From Bacteroidota bacterium (GTDB taxonomy: Bacteria > Bacteroidota > Bacteroidia > Bacteroidales > JAKIYJ01), in NCBI GenBank assembly GCA_022708585.1, contig JAKIYJ010000001.1, forward strand, positions 1-42,760: a stretch of DNA of 42,760 nucleotides, in the 5' to 3' direction. The notes under the pieces are model-generated. The model saw only the letters and a list, made by a program, of their open reading frames with translations. It had not been told where the DNA came from and ran no database searches. This document shows, one piece after another, positions 28,019-38,665 of the stretch (positions are counted from its first letter, which is position 1; each line of letters opens with the position of its first letter). Both the position numbers and the translations under genes were made by a program.

Positions 28019-29863
28019 ATGAAATCTAAAATTGTATTGTTATTTTTTATATTTTTTATAAAAATTAATTTTTCTATTCTTTATTCCCAGGAACAGTCAA
28101 CCGAAAAAATTGCTGCTCAATATTTCCAAACAAAAGACTTTTTGAAAGCGGCTGAATTATATGAACAACTTTATGAACAAAAACCCAATACTTATTATTA
28201 CAGACAATATGTTCAATGTTTATTTGAATTGGGAGATATTAAAACAGCCGAAAAATTTATTAAAAAAGAACTTAAAAAAAAACCTGATGAAGCCTACTTT
28301 AATGTAGATTTAGGATTTGTTTATCAGATGGAAGGTGATATTAATAGGGCTAACAAACAGTATTTGTCGATTATTGATGATTTAAAGCCTGATAGAAATA
28401 TTATTAATAACACAGCAAATGCTTTTATTTCAAGAGCATTATATTCTTATGCACTCGAAACATACAAAAAAGGGCGAATTTTACTGAAAGGAAAATATAA
28501 TTTTACCCCCGAAATAGCAAATGTTTATTATGTTCAAGGCAACTTTCAGGAAATGACAGAAGAATACCTGAATATGCTCGATGAAAATTATCAAACTTAT
28601 ATAAGTTATGTACAGCAACGTTTACAGGATTTTGTGGCTAATGATGACCCAGAAGGTAGCAGAATAAATATTGTTAGAGATGTTCTTTTAAACAGAATAA
28701 AAAAATTTCCCGACAGAATTTATTATACCGAAATGCTTTTATGGCTGCTCATACAACAAAAAGATTTTTCAGCCGCCTTGATACAGGCTAAATCATTAGA
28801 CCGAAGATTGAACGAAGATGGTACCAGGGTATTGCACATTGCCAGAATTAGTGCCGAAAATAAAGATTATGATGCCGCTATTGATGCATATAACTATGTG
28901 CTTGCAAAAGGAAAAAATACTGCAAATTATTTTGATTGCCGTATTGAATTAATTAATACAAGATTTGCTAAAATCACAGAAAATATTAATTATACTCAAA
29001 AGGAACTAATTGATTTACGTAATGATTATAATATAATAATTAATGAATTGGGGAAAAATAGCAATACCGTTTCACTTATTAAAAACCTCGCCCATCTTGA
29101 ATCTTTTTATCTTAATAATGATAGCATTGCTAAATCTTTACTTGAAGAAGTTATCTCAATGAAAAATATTAACCCCCGAGACAAGGCAGAATGCAAAATT
29201 GAACTTGCCGATATTTACCTTATGACTGGAGAAATATGGGAAGCCACTTTGCTGTATTCTCAAGTCGAAAAAGATATAAATTTTAAAAATGATCCAATAG
29301 GACATCTTGCTAAATTTAAAAACGCTAAACTATCATATTATATAGGGGAATTTGAGTGGGCAAAAGCTCAACTAAACGTCCTTAAATCTGCAACTTCTAA
29401 ACTCATTGCTAATGATGCTATGGAACTTTCATTATTAATATCAGATAATATTGATCCAGTTGACAGTTCTACAACCGCTCTTGCAATGTATGCCCGAGCT
29501 GATTTACTATGCTTCAGAAATAGAAAAGATCTGGCATTGATGACACTCGATAGTATTAGAAAAATATTTTCATATCACCCTATTATTGATGAGGTATATT
29601 ATAAACAAGCCCAGATACTAATAAGTATGAAACGATTTAAGGAAGCCGATAGCCTTCTTGCCATTATAGTCCAAAATTATTCCTATGATATTCTTGCTGA
29701 TAATGCATTATTCGATAGAGCTTTAATATATGATGAGGTTTTTCACGATAAAGAAAAAGCAATGGAATTATATCAGGATGTTATAATGCAATATCCTGGC
29801 AGCATTTACAGTATTGAAGCAAGACGCCGATACAGACAGCTAAGAGGCGACACTGTCCAATAA
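28019..29863 (+). CDS. Tetratricopeptide-repeat protein with signal peptide
   Basis: 614 aa with signal MKSKIVLLFFIFFIKINFSILYS. Repeated TPR-like A/Y/L heptad patterns occur throughout, e.g. AAELYEQLYEQKPN and AMELYQDVIMQYPGS. Confidence 0.75.
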   Translation: MKSKIVLLFFIFFIKINFSILYSQEQSTEKIAAQYFQTKDFLKAAELYEQLYEQKPNTYYYRQYVQCLFELGDIKTAEKFIKKELKKKPDEAYFNVDLGFVYQMEGDINRANKQYLSIIDDLKPDRNIINNTANAFISRALYSYALETYKKGRILLKGKYNFTPEIANVYYVQGNFQEMTEEYLNMLDENYQTYISYVQQRLQDFVANDDPEGSRINIVRDVLLNRIKKFPDRIYYTEMLLWLLIQQKDFSAALIQAKSLDRRLNEDGTRVLHIARISAENKDYDAAIDAYNYVLAKGKNTANYFDCRIELINTRFAKITENINYTQKELIDLRNDYNIIINELGKNSNTVSLIKNLAHLESFYLNNDSIAKSLLEEVISMKNINPRDKAECKIELADIYLMTGEIWEATLLYSQVEKDINFKNDPIGHLAKFKNAKLSYYIGEFEWAKAQLNVLKSATSKLIANDAMELSLLISDNIDPVDSSTTALAMYARADLLCFRNRKDLALMTLDSIRKIFSYHPIIDEVYYKQAQILISMKRFKEADSLLAIIVQNYSYDILADNALFDRALIYDEVFHDKEKAMELYQDVIMQYPGSIYSIEARRRYRQLRGDTVQ

Positions 29864-29884
29864 TGTTTTATTATAAAACGTGTT

Positions 29885-30667
29885 ATGACATCTGTTAAAC
29901 CTAAAAAATATTGGGGACAGCATTTTTTAACTGACAATTCTATTGCTGAAAAAATTGTTAACAGCCTTAACCATTACCATAACTACAAGTTTGTCCTTGA
30001 AATAGGTCCTGGTAAGGGAATACTTACAAAATATCTTTTGTTAAATAAAAATTTTACTGTATATGCAGTTGAAATTGATGAATGTTCTGTTAACTACCTT
30101 GTATCAGAATTAAATATAGACGAAAAGAAAATAATTAAAGGAGACTTTCTTAAACTGAACCTTAATGAAATTTTTAATGAACAGTTTGCAATAATTGGTA
30201 ATTTCCCATATAATATCTCATCTCAAATTCTTGTGAAGATACTTAAAAATAAAAGTATGATACCCGAAGTTGTAGGAATGTTTCAAAAAGAACTTGCCAA
30301 ACGTATTGTATCCCTTCCTGGTAATAAGGAATATGGTACCCTGAGTGTCTTAACTCAAGCATGGTATAAAACAGAATATTTATTTACTGTTAATGAAAAA
30401 GTGTTTTTCCCCAGTCCAAAAGTAAAATCTGGAGTTATTAGATTACAAAGAATAGATAAAACAGATATTAATTACGACGAAAAACTTTTTACTCAAATAG
30501 TTAAATCTGCATTTAATCAAAGACGTAAAACATTGAAAAATTCTTTATCAAATTATAATCTCCCTTCTTTCCCAAACTACAAGACTATAAAAGATCTAAT
30601 GCCATTGCGGGCAGAACAGTTAAGTGTCGAAGATTTTATTGAAATAACAATGCTTATAAGTTCGTAG
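29885..30667 (+). CDS. rsmA: 16S rRNA (adenine1518/1519-N6)-dimethyltransferase RsmA/KsgA
   Basis: KKYWGQHFL, SAM motif LEIGPGKGILT, GNFPYNISS. Confidence 0.93.
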   Translation: MTSVKPKKYWGQHFLTDNSIAEKIVNSLNHYHNYKFVLEIGPGKGILTKYLLLNKNFTVYAVEIDECSVNYLVSELNIDEKKIIKGDFLKLNLNEIFNEQFAIIGNFPYNISSQILVKILKNKSMIPEVVGMFQKELAKRIVSLPGNKEYGTLSVLTQAWYKTEYLFTVNEKVFFPSPKVKSGVIRLQRIDKTDINYDEKLFTQIVKSAFNQRRKTLKNSLSNYNLPSFPNYKTIKDLMPLRAEQLSVEDFIEITMLISS

Positions 30668-30934
30668 GGTTTACCCTGTTAAATACTATCAAATTTTTTT
30701 CAAAAATTTGATAGTACGATTTGAGCGGTAAGGATTATCTTAAAAATTTATAATTATTTACTCAAATCGTATTTAATAGGGTTTACCCTGTTAAATAATT
30801 TCAAATTTTCGAGGAAAATTTGATGTTACGATTTGAGCAGCAAGAGTTTATTTAAATATAACAGTTAACTTGCTCAAATCGTATTTAACAGGGTGAACCC
30901 CGTTAAATACTATCAAATTTTCATAAAAATTATG
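30667..30934. repeat. Tandem repeat, exact 112-bp period, 2 full units plus 1 partial, each unit with three palindromes
   Basis: Unit starts: GGGTTTACCCTGTTAAATA at 30667 and 30779, and GGGTGAACCCCGTTAAATA at 30891. H1 spans 30686-30714. H2 arms TACGATTTGAG (30715-30725) and CTCAAATCGTA (30761-30771). Junction palindromes lie at 30770-30797 and 30881-30910. Arms are conserved, while loops have diverged but keep their length. Confidence 0.85.
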
Positions 30935-31045
30935 ACTGCCCTTGCTCGAAAAGTTTAGAAACTTTATTATAATTAAATTTAATCTATATTTTATCATTAA
31001 TAATCGACTATAGTTATAAAAAATCAGGTATTTTTCGAAAATTTA
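30928..31045 (+). mobile_element. IS-end-like sequence related to the left half of MITE copies A and B (copy C, degenerate)
   Basis: AATTATGACTGCCCTTGCTCGAAAAGTT...ATTAAATTTAATCTATATTTT aligns by eye (roughly 70 percent) with copy A, AATTATGAGCCACTCCGAAAAGTC...ATTAAATTTATCTATATTTTT. A weak right-end-like TTTTTCGAAAAT lies at 31031-31042. The sequence sits immediately upstream of the transposase stub. Confidence 0.4.
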
Positions 31046-31080
31046 TATAAAGTTATAATTTGGTTAAAAACAAAATCAAT

Positions 31081-31210
31081 ATGAGCAAAGAAAAAAATTA
31101 AATTTATCGGACAACAGGTTTTTAAACAAATAATAAAACTCATAGATGTAATAAATTTCAATAGATTGGTGAATAAACATAATGCAGGTTATTATTATAA
31201 AACATTTAAC
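31081..31210 (+). pseudogene. N-terminal stub of an IS4-type transposase with DUF4372-like N-terminus (frameshifted and truncated)
   Basis: ATG AGC AAA GAA AAA AAT TAA stops after 6 codons within an A7 run. The +1 frame continues KKIKFIGQQVFKQIIKLIDVINFNRLVNKHNAGYYYKTFN. This fits the xGQxVFxQ(I/L)xxxIxxxxFxxLVxKHxxDxYxKxF pattern I associate with DUF4372 transposase N-termini. The similarity ends near 31210, and no DDE domain follows. Confidence 0.5.
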
Positions 31211-31250
31211 TTAATAATGAAAAAAAAATAAAATATTTTTTATCAAGAGA

Positions 31251-31282
31251 TTTGTTTTATATAAAAATAAATTTTACTTTTG
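31251..31282 (+). promoter_or_regulatory. Candidate str-operon promoter (-33 TTTG, 20-nt spacer, -7 TACTTTTG)
   Basis: TTTG at 31251-31254 and TACTTTTG at 31275-31282 match the Bacteroidota TTTG / TAnnTTTG architecture, 47 nt upstream of the rpsL ATG. Confidence 0.5.
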
Positions 31283-31328
31283 CAGTCCAAAATAAATAAA
31301 AGAAAAATTTTTTAATAAAACGATTAAT

Positions 31329-31712
31329 ATGCCTACTATACAGCAATTAGTTCGTAAGGGAAGAAAGAAATTGGTTTACAAGAGTAAATCACCTGCTCTG
31401 GATTCATGTCCTCAAAGGCGAGGTGTTTGTGTGAGAGTATATACGACTACGCCTAAAAAACCTAATTCTGCGATGCGAAAGGTTGCAAGAGTTCGACTTA
31501 CAAATTCAAAGGAAGTTAATGCATATATTCCGGGAGAAGGTCATAATCTTCAGGAACACAGTATTGTATTGATACGAGGGGGGAGAGTTAAAGATTTGCC
31601 TGGTGTACGTTATCATATAATAAGAGGAGCACTTGATACATCGGGAGTAGAAGGACGAAAACAAAGAAGATCAAAATACGGTGCTAAAAGACCCAAAGAA
31701 CAAAAAAAATAA
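31329..31712 (+). CDS. rpsL: 30S ribosomal protein S12
   Basis: [12 protein letters not shown]...[31 protein letters not shown]. Confidence 0.97.
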   Translation: MPTIQQLVRKGRKKLVYKSKSPALDSCPQRRGVCVRVYTTTPKKPNSAMRKVARVRLTNSKEVNAYIPGEGHNLQEHSIVLIRGGRVKDLPGVRYHIIRGALDTSGVEGRKQRRSKYGAKRPKEQKK

Positions 31713-31718
31713 TAAGTT

Positions 31719-32186
31719 ATGAGAAAAACAAAACCTAAAAAACACCCTGTTTCGCCAGATCCTCGTTATAATGATCCAGTGGTAACTAAGTTTGTTGATA
31801 ATATCATGCTTAGAGGTAAAAAAAATGTTGCATACAAGATTTTTTATGATGCTATTGATATAGTTTCAGAAAAAATGAAAGAAGATGGACTCGAAATATG
31901 GAAAAAAGCATTGGATAATGTAACCCCTTCTGTTGAAGTTAGAAGTCGTAGAATCGGAGGAGCTACTTTCCAAATCCCTTCTGAAATAAGACCAGCTCGT
32001 AAACAGTCTATCGGCATGAAATCTCTGGTTAATTTTGCACGCAAACGACACGAAAAATCAATGTCTCAAAAATTAGCAGCTGAAATTATGGCTGCATATA
32101 AAGAAGAAGGCGCTGCATTTAAACGTAAAGAAGATACACATAGAATGGCCGAAGCTAATAAGGCCTTTTCACATTTTAGATTTTAA
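31719..32186 (+). CDS. rpsG: 30S ribosomal protein S7
   Basis: [26 protein letters not shown]...[16 protein letters not shown]. Confidence 0.97.
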   Translation: MRKTKPKKHPVSPDPRYNDPVVTKFVDNIMLRGKKNVAYKIFYDAIDIVSEKMKEDGLEIWKKALDNVTPSVEVRSRRIGGATFQIPSEIRPARKQSIGMKSLVNFARKRHEKSMSQKLAAEIMAAYKEEGAAFKRKEDTHRMAEANKAFSHFRF

Positions 32187-32201
32187 TAATATATTGATAT
32201 A

Positions 32202-34307
32202 ATGTCAGCAGATCTCGAAAATATTAGAAATATAGGTATAATGGCTCATATAGATGCAGGTAAAACTACTACTACAGAGCGTATGCTGTATTATACAGGA
32301 ATAACTCACCGCATTGGTGAAGTTGATGAAGGAACTGCTGCTATGGATTGGATGGTTCAAGAACAGGAAAGAGGTATTACAATAACTTCTGCTGCTACTT
32401 CTGTATATTGGAAATATGACAGTACCTTATATAAAATAAATATTATTGATACCCCTGGGCACGTTGATTTCACTGTTGAAGTTGAACGTTCATTAAGAGT
32501 TCTTGATGGTGCTGTCGCCTTATTCTGTGCAGTTGGAGGAGTTCAACCTCAATCTGAAACTGTATGGCATCAGGCCGATAAATATAAGGTGCCAAGAATT
32601 AGTTATATTAATAAGATGGACCGTTCAGGTGCCGATTTTTTTAATGTAGTAAAAGAAATTGAAGAAAAATTAAACGCCAAACCCATATTACTCCAATTAC
32701 CTATTGGAGACGAAGATTCCTTTATTGGTGTTGTAGATCTGGTTCGTAATAAAGCAATAGTTTGGGATGACGATTCTTATGGTATTAATTACCGTATTAT
32801 ACCTGTACCAGAAGATATGAATGATATTGTACATGAGTATCGTTCCAAACTTATAGAAGGAGTTGCAGAAGAAAGAGAAGATTTACTGGAAAAATTCATG
32901 TTGAACCCGGAACTTATTTCACCTGAGGATATTATTTCGGAAGTAAGAAAAGCTACCATTGAAATGAGAATTACTCCGGTTTTTTGTGGTGCTTCTTTTA
33001 AAAATAAAGGAGTTCAATTGCTTCTGGATGCTATTGTTTCTTATTTGCCTAACCCTCTTGATATTCCACCAGTAAAAGGTATAAATCCATACACTGGCAA
33101 AGAAGAAATTAGAAATACAGATGAAAATGAACCTTTTTGTGCTCTGGCTTTTAAAATAGCGATAGACCCTTATGTTGGGAAAATAGCCTTTTTTAGAGTT
33201 TATTCTGGTATAATGAATTCCGGTTCATATATATTAAATACTGGAACTGGCAAAAAAGAAAGAATATCTAAATTATTAGAAATACACGCTAATAAATATA
33301 CTCAAATTGAAAACGCTAAAGCCGGTGATATATGTGCTGTTGTTGGCTTTAAAGAAATAAGAACAGGCGACACCTTATGCGATGCAAAATATCCAATAGT
33401 ACTGGAATCAATAACTTTTCCAGAACCAGTTATCAGTATCGCAGTAGAACCTAAAACACAATCCGATATTGATAAATTTAATAACAGTCTTAATAAACTT
33501 GCTGAAGAAGACCCTAGCTTTCATATAAATATAAATGAAGAAACCGGACAAACTATACTAAGCGGTATGGGAGAACTTCATCTTGAAATTTTAGTCGACA
33601 GATTAAAAAGAGAATTTAATATTGAATGTATACAAGGTAAACCTCAAGTTGCATATAAAGAAGCAATTTTTAATACTGTAATTCATCACGAAATATATAA
33701 AAAACAAACAGGAGGCAGAGGAAAGTTTGCTGAAATTATAGTTGAATTGTCACCTGCTCCATATAATGTAAAAGGTTTAGAATTTATAAACGAAGTTAAA
33801 GGAGGAAATATTCCAAAAGAATATATAGAAGGTGTTCGCAAAGGATTTGTTTCAGCTATGGCAAATGGCGTACTTGCCGGTTTCCCAATGCAAAGTTTGA
33901 GAGTTAGATTATTAGATGGTTCAACCCATCCAGTTGATTCTGATGTACTTGCCTTTGAAATTGCTGCTAATCTTGCTTTTAAAGCAGCATGTAAAAAAGC
34001 TAAACCTGGTTTATTAGAACCTATTATGAACCTTGAAGTTGTTACGCCAGACATATACATAGGTGAAATAACAGGAGATTTGAACAGACGAAGAGCACAA
34101 ATTACAGGAATTTCTACTCGAAATAAATTGCAACTCATTAAAGCTACTGTCCCATTGGCTGAAATGTTTGGATACGTAACAACATTGAGAACATTGTCAC
34201 AGGGGCGCACATATTCAAGTATGGAATTTTCACATTATGCACCAGTACCAAAGGAAATTACTGATGAAATAATTTATAAAATTAAAGGATATGCAGTTAA
34301 TTATTAA
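32202..34307 (+). CDS. fusA: Elongation factor G
   Basis: G motifs [21 protein letters not shown]. 701 aa, following rpsG. Confidence 0.97.
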   Translation: MSADLENIRNIGIMAHIDAGKTTTTERMLYYTGITHRIGEVDEGTAAMDWMVQEQERGITITSAATSVYWKYDSTLYKINIIDTPGHVDFTVEVERSLRVLDGAVALFCAVGGVQPQSETVWHQADKYKVPRISYINKMDRSGADFFNVVKEIEEKLNAKPILLQLPIGDEDSFIGVVDLVRNKAIVWDDDSYGINYRIIPVPEDMNDIVHEYRSKLIEGVAEEREDLLEKFMLNPELISPEDIISEVRKATIEMRITPVFCGASFKNKGVQLLLDAIVSYLPNPLDIPPVKGINPYTGKEEIRNTDENEPFCALAFKIAIDPYVGKIAFFRVYSGIMNSGSYILNTGTGKKERISKLLEIHANKYTQIENAKAGDICAVVGFKEIRTGDTLCDAKYPIVLESITFPEPVISIAVEPKTQSDIDKFNNSLNKLAEEDPSFHININEETGQTILSGMGELHLEILVDRLKREFNIECIQGKPQVAYKEAIFNTVIHHEIYKKQTGGRGKFAEIIVELSPAPYNVKGLEFINEVKGGNIPKEYIEGVRKGFVSAMANGVLAGFPMQSLRVRLLDGSTHPVDSDVLAFEIAANLAFKAACKKAKPGLLEPIMNLEVVTPDIYIGEITGDLNRRRAQITGISTRNKLQLIKATVPLAEMFGYVTTLRTLSQGRTYSSMEFSHYAPVPKEITDEIIYKIKGYAVNY

Positions 34308-34336
34308 TTTAATATTATTGTTTTAAACATATAGCC

Positions 34337-34642
34337 GTGAACCAAAAAATAAGAATAAAATTAAAATCTTATGACCACAATTTAGTCGATAAATCGGCTG
34401 AAAAAATTGTGAAAACTGTTAAACAAAGTGGCGCAGTTGTAAATGGACCAATACCTTTGCCTACTAATAGGAAAATTTTTACAGTTTTACGTTCACCATT
34501 TGTAAATAAAAAATCAAGAGAACAATTTCAGGTTTGTACTTATAAAAGACTGTTGGATATATACAGTACTACTCCTCAAACTATTGAAGCATTGATGAAA
34601 CTTGAACTTCCAAGTGGTGTAGAAGTAGAAATAAAAGTTTAA
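34337..34642 (+). CDS. rpsJ: 30S ribosomal protein S10
   Basis: GTG start. [22 protein letters not shown]...GPIPLPT. Confidence 0.96.
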   Translation: MNQKIRIKLKSYDHNLVDKSAEKIVKTVKQSGAVVNGPIPLPTNRKIFTVLRSPFVNKKSREQFQVCTYKRLLDIYSTTPQTIEALMKLELPSGVEVEIKV

Positions 34643-34699
34643 TTCATATTTTTTAATTGTTAAAATATTTGAAATATAAAAATTTAAAGAAATTATAAA

Positions 34700-35329
34700 A
34701 TGTCTGGATTAATTGGGAAAAAAATAGGAATGACCAGTATTTATGATGCTAATGGGAAAAATATTCCTTGTACTGTTATTCAAGCAGGTCCTTGTGTAGT
34801 TACTCAGGTAAAAACAATAGAAAATGATGGCTATGAAGCTATACAACTTGCTTTTGAAGAAAAAAAAGAAAAACATACTACTAAAGCACTAAAAGGTCAT
34901 TTTGAAAAAGCTGGTACTACACCCAAACGTGTCATAGCTGAATTTACTCGATTTGAACCCGACCATAGAAAGAAATTTGGTGATATTTTGAAAGCAGATG
35001 TATTTGTTGAAGGTGAATATATTGATGTTGTTGGCATTTCAAAAGGTCGTGGTTTTCAGGGTGTAGTTAGAAGACATAATTTTAATGGTGTAGGAGAAAC
35101 AACGCATGGGCAACATAATCGTCAACGCGCACCTGGCTCCATAGGAGCTTCTTCATGGCCATCAAGAGTGTTTAAGGGACTGAGAATGGCTGGTAGAATG
35201 GGCGGAAAAAGAGTTAAATTGATTAACCTTCAAATTATAAAAATTGATTTATTAAAAAATTTAATATTAGTAAAAGGTGGAGTACCTGGAGCTAATGGTT
35301 CATATTTAATTATAGAAAGATGGAGCTAA
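34700..35329 (+). CDS. rplC: 50S ribosomal protein L3
   Basis: [16 protein letters not shown]...[17 protein letters not shown]. Confidence 0.96.
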   Translation: MSGLIGKKIGMTSIYDANGKNIPCTVIQAGPCVVTQVKTIENDGYEAIQLAFEEKKEKHTTKALKGHFEKAGTTPKRVIAEFTRFEPDHRKKFGDILKADVFVEGEYIDVVGISKGRGFQGVVRRHNFNGVGETTHGQHNRQRAPGSIGASSWPSRVFKGLRMAGRMGGKRVKLINLQIIKIDLLKNLILVKGGVPGANGSYLIIERWS

Positions 35330-35979
35330 CAGTATATAATATCAATGGTCAGGAAACTTCAAGAAAAATAACACTTGAATCTTCAATATTTGATATTTCT
35401 CCGAATGATCATGCTATATATCTTGATGTTAAACAATATATGGCAAATAAAAGACAAGGCACACATAAAACCAAAGATAGAAGCGAAATAAAAGCTACTA
35501 CTAAAAAATTGAAAAGGCAAAAAGGTACAGGCAGTGCACGTGCTGGCGATATGAAATCTCCGGTTTTCGTCGGTGGAGGCCGTGTGTTTGGACCAGACCC
35601 TAAAGATTATAACTTTAAATTAAATAAAAAATTAAAAAGACTTGCCCGCAAATCCGCTTTTAGCTATAAGGCAAAAGAAAATTCCATAATTATTGTAGAA
35701 GACTTTACTTTTGATAAACCTGAAACAAAATCTTATGTGAAATTTTTAAAAAATTTTAATGTTTTAGAAAAAAAATCATTGCTTGTGCTAAAAGAAAATG
35801 ATAAAAACCTATATTTGTCAGCTCGTAATATCCCTAAAGCTAAAATAACTACTGTATCTGCTATGAATACTTATGAAATCCTTAATTCAGGCAGATTAAT
35901 CTTACAAGAAAGCACAATAACAGAAATTGAAAAATGGCTGGCTGATGAAAAAAAAGAAGTAATCACAAACAATATTTAA
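35320..35979 (+). CDS. rplD: 50S ribosomal protein L4
   Basis: Overlaps the rplC end by 10 nt (ATGGAGCTAA). [28 protein letters not shown]. Confidence 0.95.
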   Translation: MELTVYNINGQETSRKITLESSIFDISPNDHAIYLDVKQYMANKRQGTHKTKDRSEIKATTKKLKRQKGTGSARAGDMKSPVFVGGGRVFGPDPKDYNFKLNKKLKRLARKSAFSYKAKENSIIIVEDFTFDKPETKSYVKFLKNFNVLEKKSLLVLKENDKNLYLSARNIPKAKITTVSAMNTYEILNSGRLILQESTITEIEKWLADEKKEVITNNI

Positions 35980-35989
35980 TTTTTCAACA

Positions 35990-36286
35990 ATGAGTAATAG
36001 TATTATAATAAAACCCCTTATAACTGAAAAAATGACGGGAATATCCGAAAAACAAAATAAATTCGGTTTTATTGTACGTAAACAAGCTAGCAAACCTCAA
36101 ATCATCAAAGCTATTGAGGATATTTATGATGTTAAAATTATTGACATTTCAACAATGAGATATCAAGGAAAAAGAAAATCAAGATATACTAAAACAGGAT
36201 ATACTTCTGGACGAAAAAATGCTTATAAAAAAGCTATTGTTACATTAAATGAAGGACAAACGATTGATTTTTATAGTAATATTTAA
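35990..36286 (+). CDS. rplW: 50S ribosomal protein L23
   Basis: [24 protein letters not shown]...KKAIVTL. S10-operon order. Confidence 0.95.
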   Translation: MSNSIIIKPLITEKMTGISEKQNKFGFIVRKQASKPQIIKAIEDIYDVKIIDISTMRYQGKRKSRYTKTGYTSGRKNAYKKAIVTLNEGQTIDFYSNI

Positions 36287-36288
36287 TT

Positions 36289-37113
36289 ATGACATTAAAA
36301 AAATTTAAACCAACAACACCAGGACAACGATTTAAAGTTATAACTGATTCATCAGATATAACAAGCTCAATGGCTGAAAAATCTTTGCTTACTCCTATAA
36401 AAAGTACAGGAGGTAGAAATAATTCTGGTAAGATGACTGTCAGATATCATGGAGGAGGTCATAAAAGAAAATATAGACTTATTGATTTTAAACGCGATAA
36501 AGATGGTATAAAAGGTGTAGTCGAATCTATTCAATATGATCCTAACAGGTCGGCTCGTATAGCACTTGTTAAGTATATTGATGGTGAAAAAAGATATATT
36601 ATTGCACCCAATGGATTAAAAACAGGTCAGCAAATAATTTCAGGTGAAAATGCAGCTCCTGAAACAGGCAATGCACTTTACTTGAAAGAGATTCCTCTGG
36701 GAACTGTTATACATAATATTGAACTTAATCCTGGACAGGGAGGTAAAATAGCAAGAAGTGCTGGAAATTATTGTCAACTTCAAAGCAGAGATGGAAAATA
36801 TGCTATCATAAAATTCCCATCAGGAGAAACACGTAAAATTCTTCAGACCTGTAAAGCTACTATTGGCATGGTTTCAAATGTAGAAAACAACCTTGAAAAA
36901 TCAGGCAAAGCTGGTCGCAATCGCTGGTTAGGACGACGTCCCAGAACAAGAGGAGTCGCTATGAATCCTGTTGATCATCCTATGGGAGGCGGCGAAGGTA
37001 AAGCTTCTGGAGGCCATCCAAGATCAAGAAAAGGAATACCAGCCAAAGGCTATAAAACACGCTCTTTGAAAAATAAATCAAATAAATTTATCATTGAAAG
37101 AAGAAAAAAATAA
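36289..37113 (+). CDS. rplB: 50S ribosomal protein L2
   Basis: [12 protein letters not shown]...[15 protein letters not shown]...[13 protein letters not shown]. Confidence 0.97.
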   Translation: MTLKKFKPTTPGQRFKVITDSSDITSSMAEKSLLTPIKSTGGRNNSGKMTVRYHGGGHKRKYRLIDFKRDKDGIKGVVESIQYDPNRSARIALVKYIDGEKRYIIAPNGLKTGQQIISGENAAPETGNALYLKEIPLGTVIHNIELNPGQGGKIARSAGNYCQLQSRDGKYAIIKFPSGETRKILQTCKATIGMVSNVENNLEKSGKAGRNRWLGRRPRTRGVAMNPVDHPMGGGEGKASGGHPRSRKGIPAKGYKTRSLKNKSNKFIIERRKK

Positions 37114-37134
37114 CCTAATTAATAAACATAGAGT

Positions 37135-37407
37135 ATGAGCCGTTCACTGAAAAAAGGACCTTATATTAATTGGAAACTCGAAAAAAAAGTTATAGAAAAT
37201 ATGAATTCAACTAAAAAAGTTGTAATTAAAACATATTCAAGGAGTTCTATGATTTCGCCCGATTTTGTAGGACAAACTATTGCAGTTCATAATGGAAATA
37301 AATTTTTTCCTGTATATATTACAGAAAATATGGTAGGACATAAATTGGGCGAATTTGCCCCTACTAGAATATTTAGAGGGCATGCAGGAAATAAAGCAAA
37401 AAAATAA
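37135..37407 (+). CDS. rpsS: 30S ribosomal protein S19
   Basis: [11 protein letters not shown]...[33 protein letters not shown]. Confidence 0.97.
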   Translation: MSRSLKKGPYINWKLEKKVIENMNSTKKVVIKTYSRSSMISPDFVGQTIAVHNGNKFFPVYITENMVGHKLGEFAPTRIFRGHAGNKAKK

Positions 37408-37422
37408 CAAAGTTATCGTAAA

Positions 37423-37890
37423 ATGGGAACAAGAAAACATATAAGTTCGATTGATCGACAGGAAAAGAGAGAAAATCTATATATGGCAAAATTAATGAAT
37501 TGCCCTTCGTCTCCACGAAAAATGAGACTGGTTGCCGATATTATAAGAGGAAAGAATGTTGAACAGGCTTTACATATTTTAAAAAACTGTAATAAAGAAG
37601 TCGCTCCTAAACTTTATAAATTATTACTCTCCGCTATTTCTAACTGGCAAAATAAAAACGAAGGCGAAAAAATGGAAGATAATAATTTATATGTTAAAGA
37701 AATTTTTGTTGACGAGGGTAAAACATTAAAACGTATACAACCAGCTCCCAAAGGTATGGCACATAAAATACGTAAGCGATCTAACCATGTTACATTGATA
37801 ATCAATAGCAGAAACAATGAAATTAATAATTATGACAATGATGTCAAAGAAAATACAAAAGAAAAAATTGAAGAAAATATTAACAATTAA
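37423..37890 (+). CDS. rplV: 50S ribosomal protein L22 (Bacteroidota-type N-terminal extension plus about 28-aa Asn/Glu/Lys-rich C-terminal tail)
   Basis: PSSPRKMRLVADIIRGKNVEQAL..., KRIQPAPKGMAHKIRKRSNHVTLI, then the tail NSRNNEINNYDNDVKENTKEKIEENINN. Confidence 0.95.
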   Translation: MGTRKHISSIDRQEKRENLYMAKLMNCPSSPRKMRLVADIIRGKNVEQALHILKNCNKEVAPKLYKLLLSAISNWQNKNEGEKMEDNNLYVKEIFVDEGKTLKRIQPAPKGMAHKIRKRSNHVTLIINSRNNEINNYDNDVKENTKEKIEENINN

Positions 37891-37900
37891 TTAATAATCA

Positions 37901-38626
37901 ATGGGACAAAAAACCAATCCAATAGGTAATAGATTAGGAATTATACGCGGTTGGGATTCCAACTGGTTCGGAGGTAAAAACTACGAATCTAAACTTATTG
38001 AAGATAATAAGATTAGAAAATATTTAAATGCTCGTTTATCAAAAGCAGGTGTTTCTAAAATATTTATTGAAAGAACTCTTAAACTTGTAACAGTAACAAT
38101 TTATACTGCCAAACCAGGCATGATTATAGGAAAACAGGGTAGTGAAGTAGAAAAATTACAGGAAGAACTGAAAAAAATAACTGATAAGGAAATTCAACTA
38201 TATATATTAGAAATTAAAAGGCCCGAACTAGATGCAGTTATAGTTGCCGCAACAATAGCCAGACAAATTGAAGGCAGAATTTCTTATCGTCGTGCTATTA
38301 AAACATCTATTGCTTCTACTATCCGAATGGGAGCAGAAGGAATTAAAGTACAAATAAGTGGTCGTCTCGCTGGAGCTGAAATGGCAAGAACCGAAATGTA
38401 TAAGGAAGGACGTATTCCTCTGCATACTTTACGCGCTGATATTGATTATGCCATCGATGAAGCACATACAACGTATGGCCGTATAGGAATAAAAGTGTGG
38501 ATTTGTAAAGGCGAAGTGTACGGTAAACGTAACCTTAGCATCCAAGCCGATACACCAAAACTTAAACATATGCCAACCGGAGGACATAGTGATAACTATA
38601 AAAATAAAAATGCTAAAAAAAAATAA
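37901..38626 (+). CDS. rpsC: 30S ribosomal protein S3
   Basis: [23 protein letters not shown]...[12 protein letters not shown]. Confidence 0.97.
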   Translation: MGQKTNPIGNRLGIIRGWDSNWFGGKNYESKLIEDNKIRKYLNARLSKAGVSKIFIERTLKLVTVTIYTAKPGMIIGKQGSEVEKLQEELKKITDKEIQLYILEIKRPELDAVIVAATIARQIEGRISYRRAIKTSIASTIRMGAEGIKVQISGRLAGAEMARTEMYKEGRIPLHTLRADIDYAIDEAHTTYGRIGIKVWICKGEVYGKRNLSIQADTPKLKHMPTGGHSDNYKNKNAKKK

Positions 38627-38665
38627 AAATTGATTTGATTTGATTTTTTAAAAAATATATTTATA

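Noticed and set aside
30770-30910. Integron attC-like sites (ATTTAAC ... GTTAAAT resemble the RYYYAAC / GTTRRRY cores)
   Set aside because: The palindrome is only about 28 bp, well below known attC lengths. There are no cassette ORFs between the copies, and no intI gene or attI in the window. The core resemblance is easily produced by chance in AT-rich DNA.
30667-30934. CRISPR array interpretation of the tandem repeat
   Set aside because: The period is 112 bp, far longer than a repeat-plus-spacer unit. There are only 2.4 units. The conserved parts are three separate palindromes rather than one 28-48-bp repeat. No cas genes are in the window.
33686-34210. 174-aa antisense ORF inside fusA
   Set aside because: It lies entirely within a highly conserved EF-G coding region. 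The translation is low-complexity, shows no recognisable motif and has no promoter or start context. It is an open frame by chance, in the frame where antisense stops require specific sense-codon pairs.
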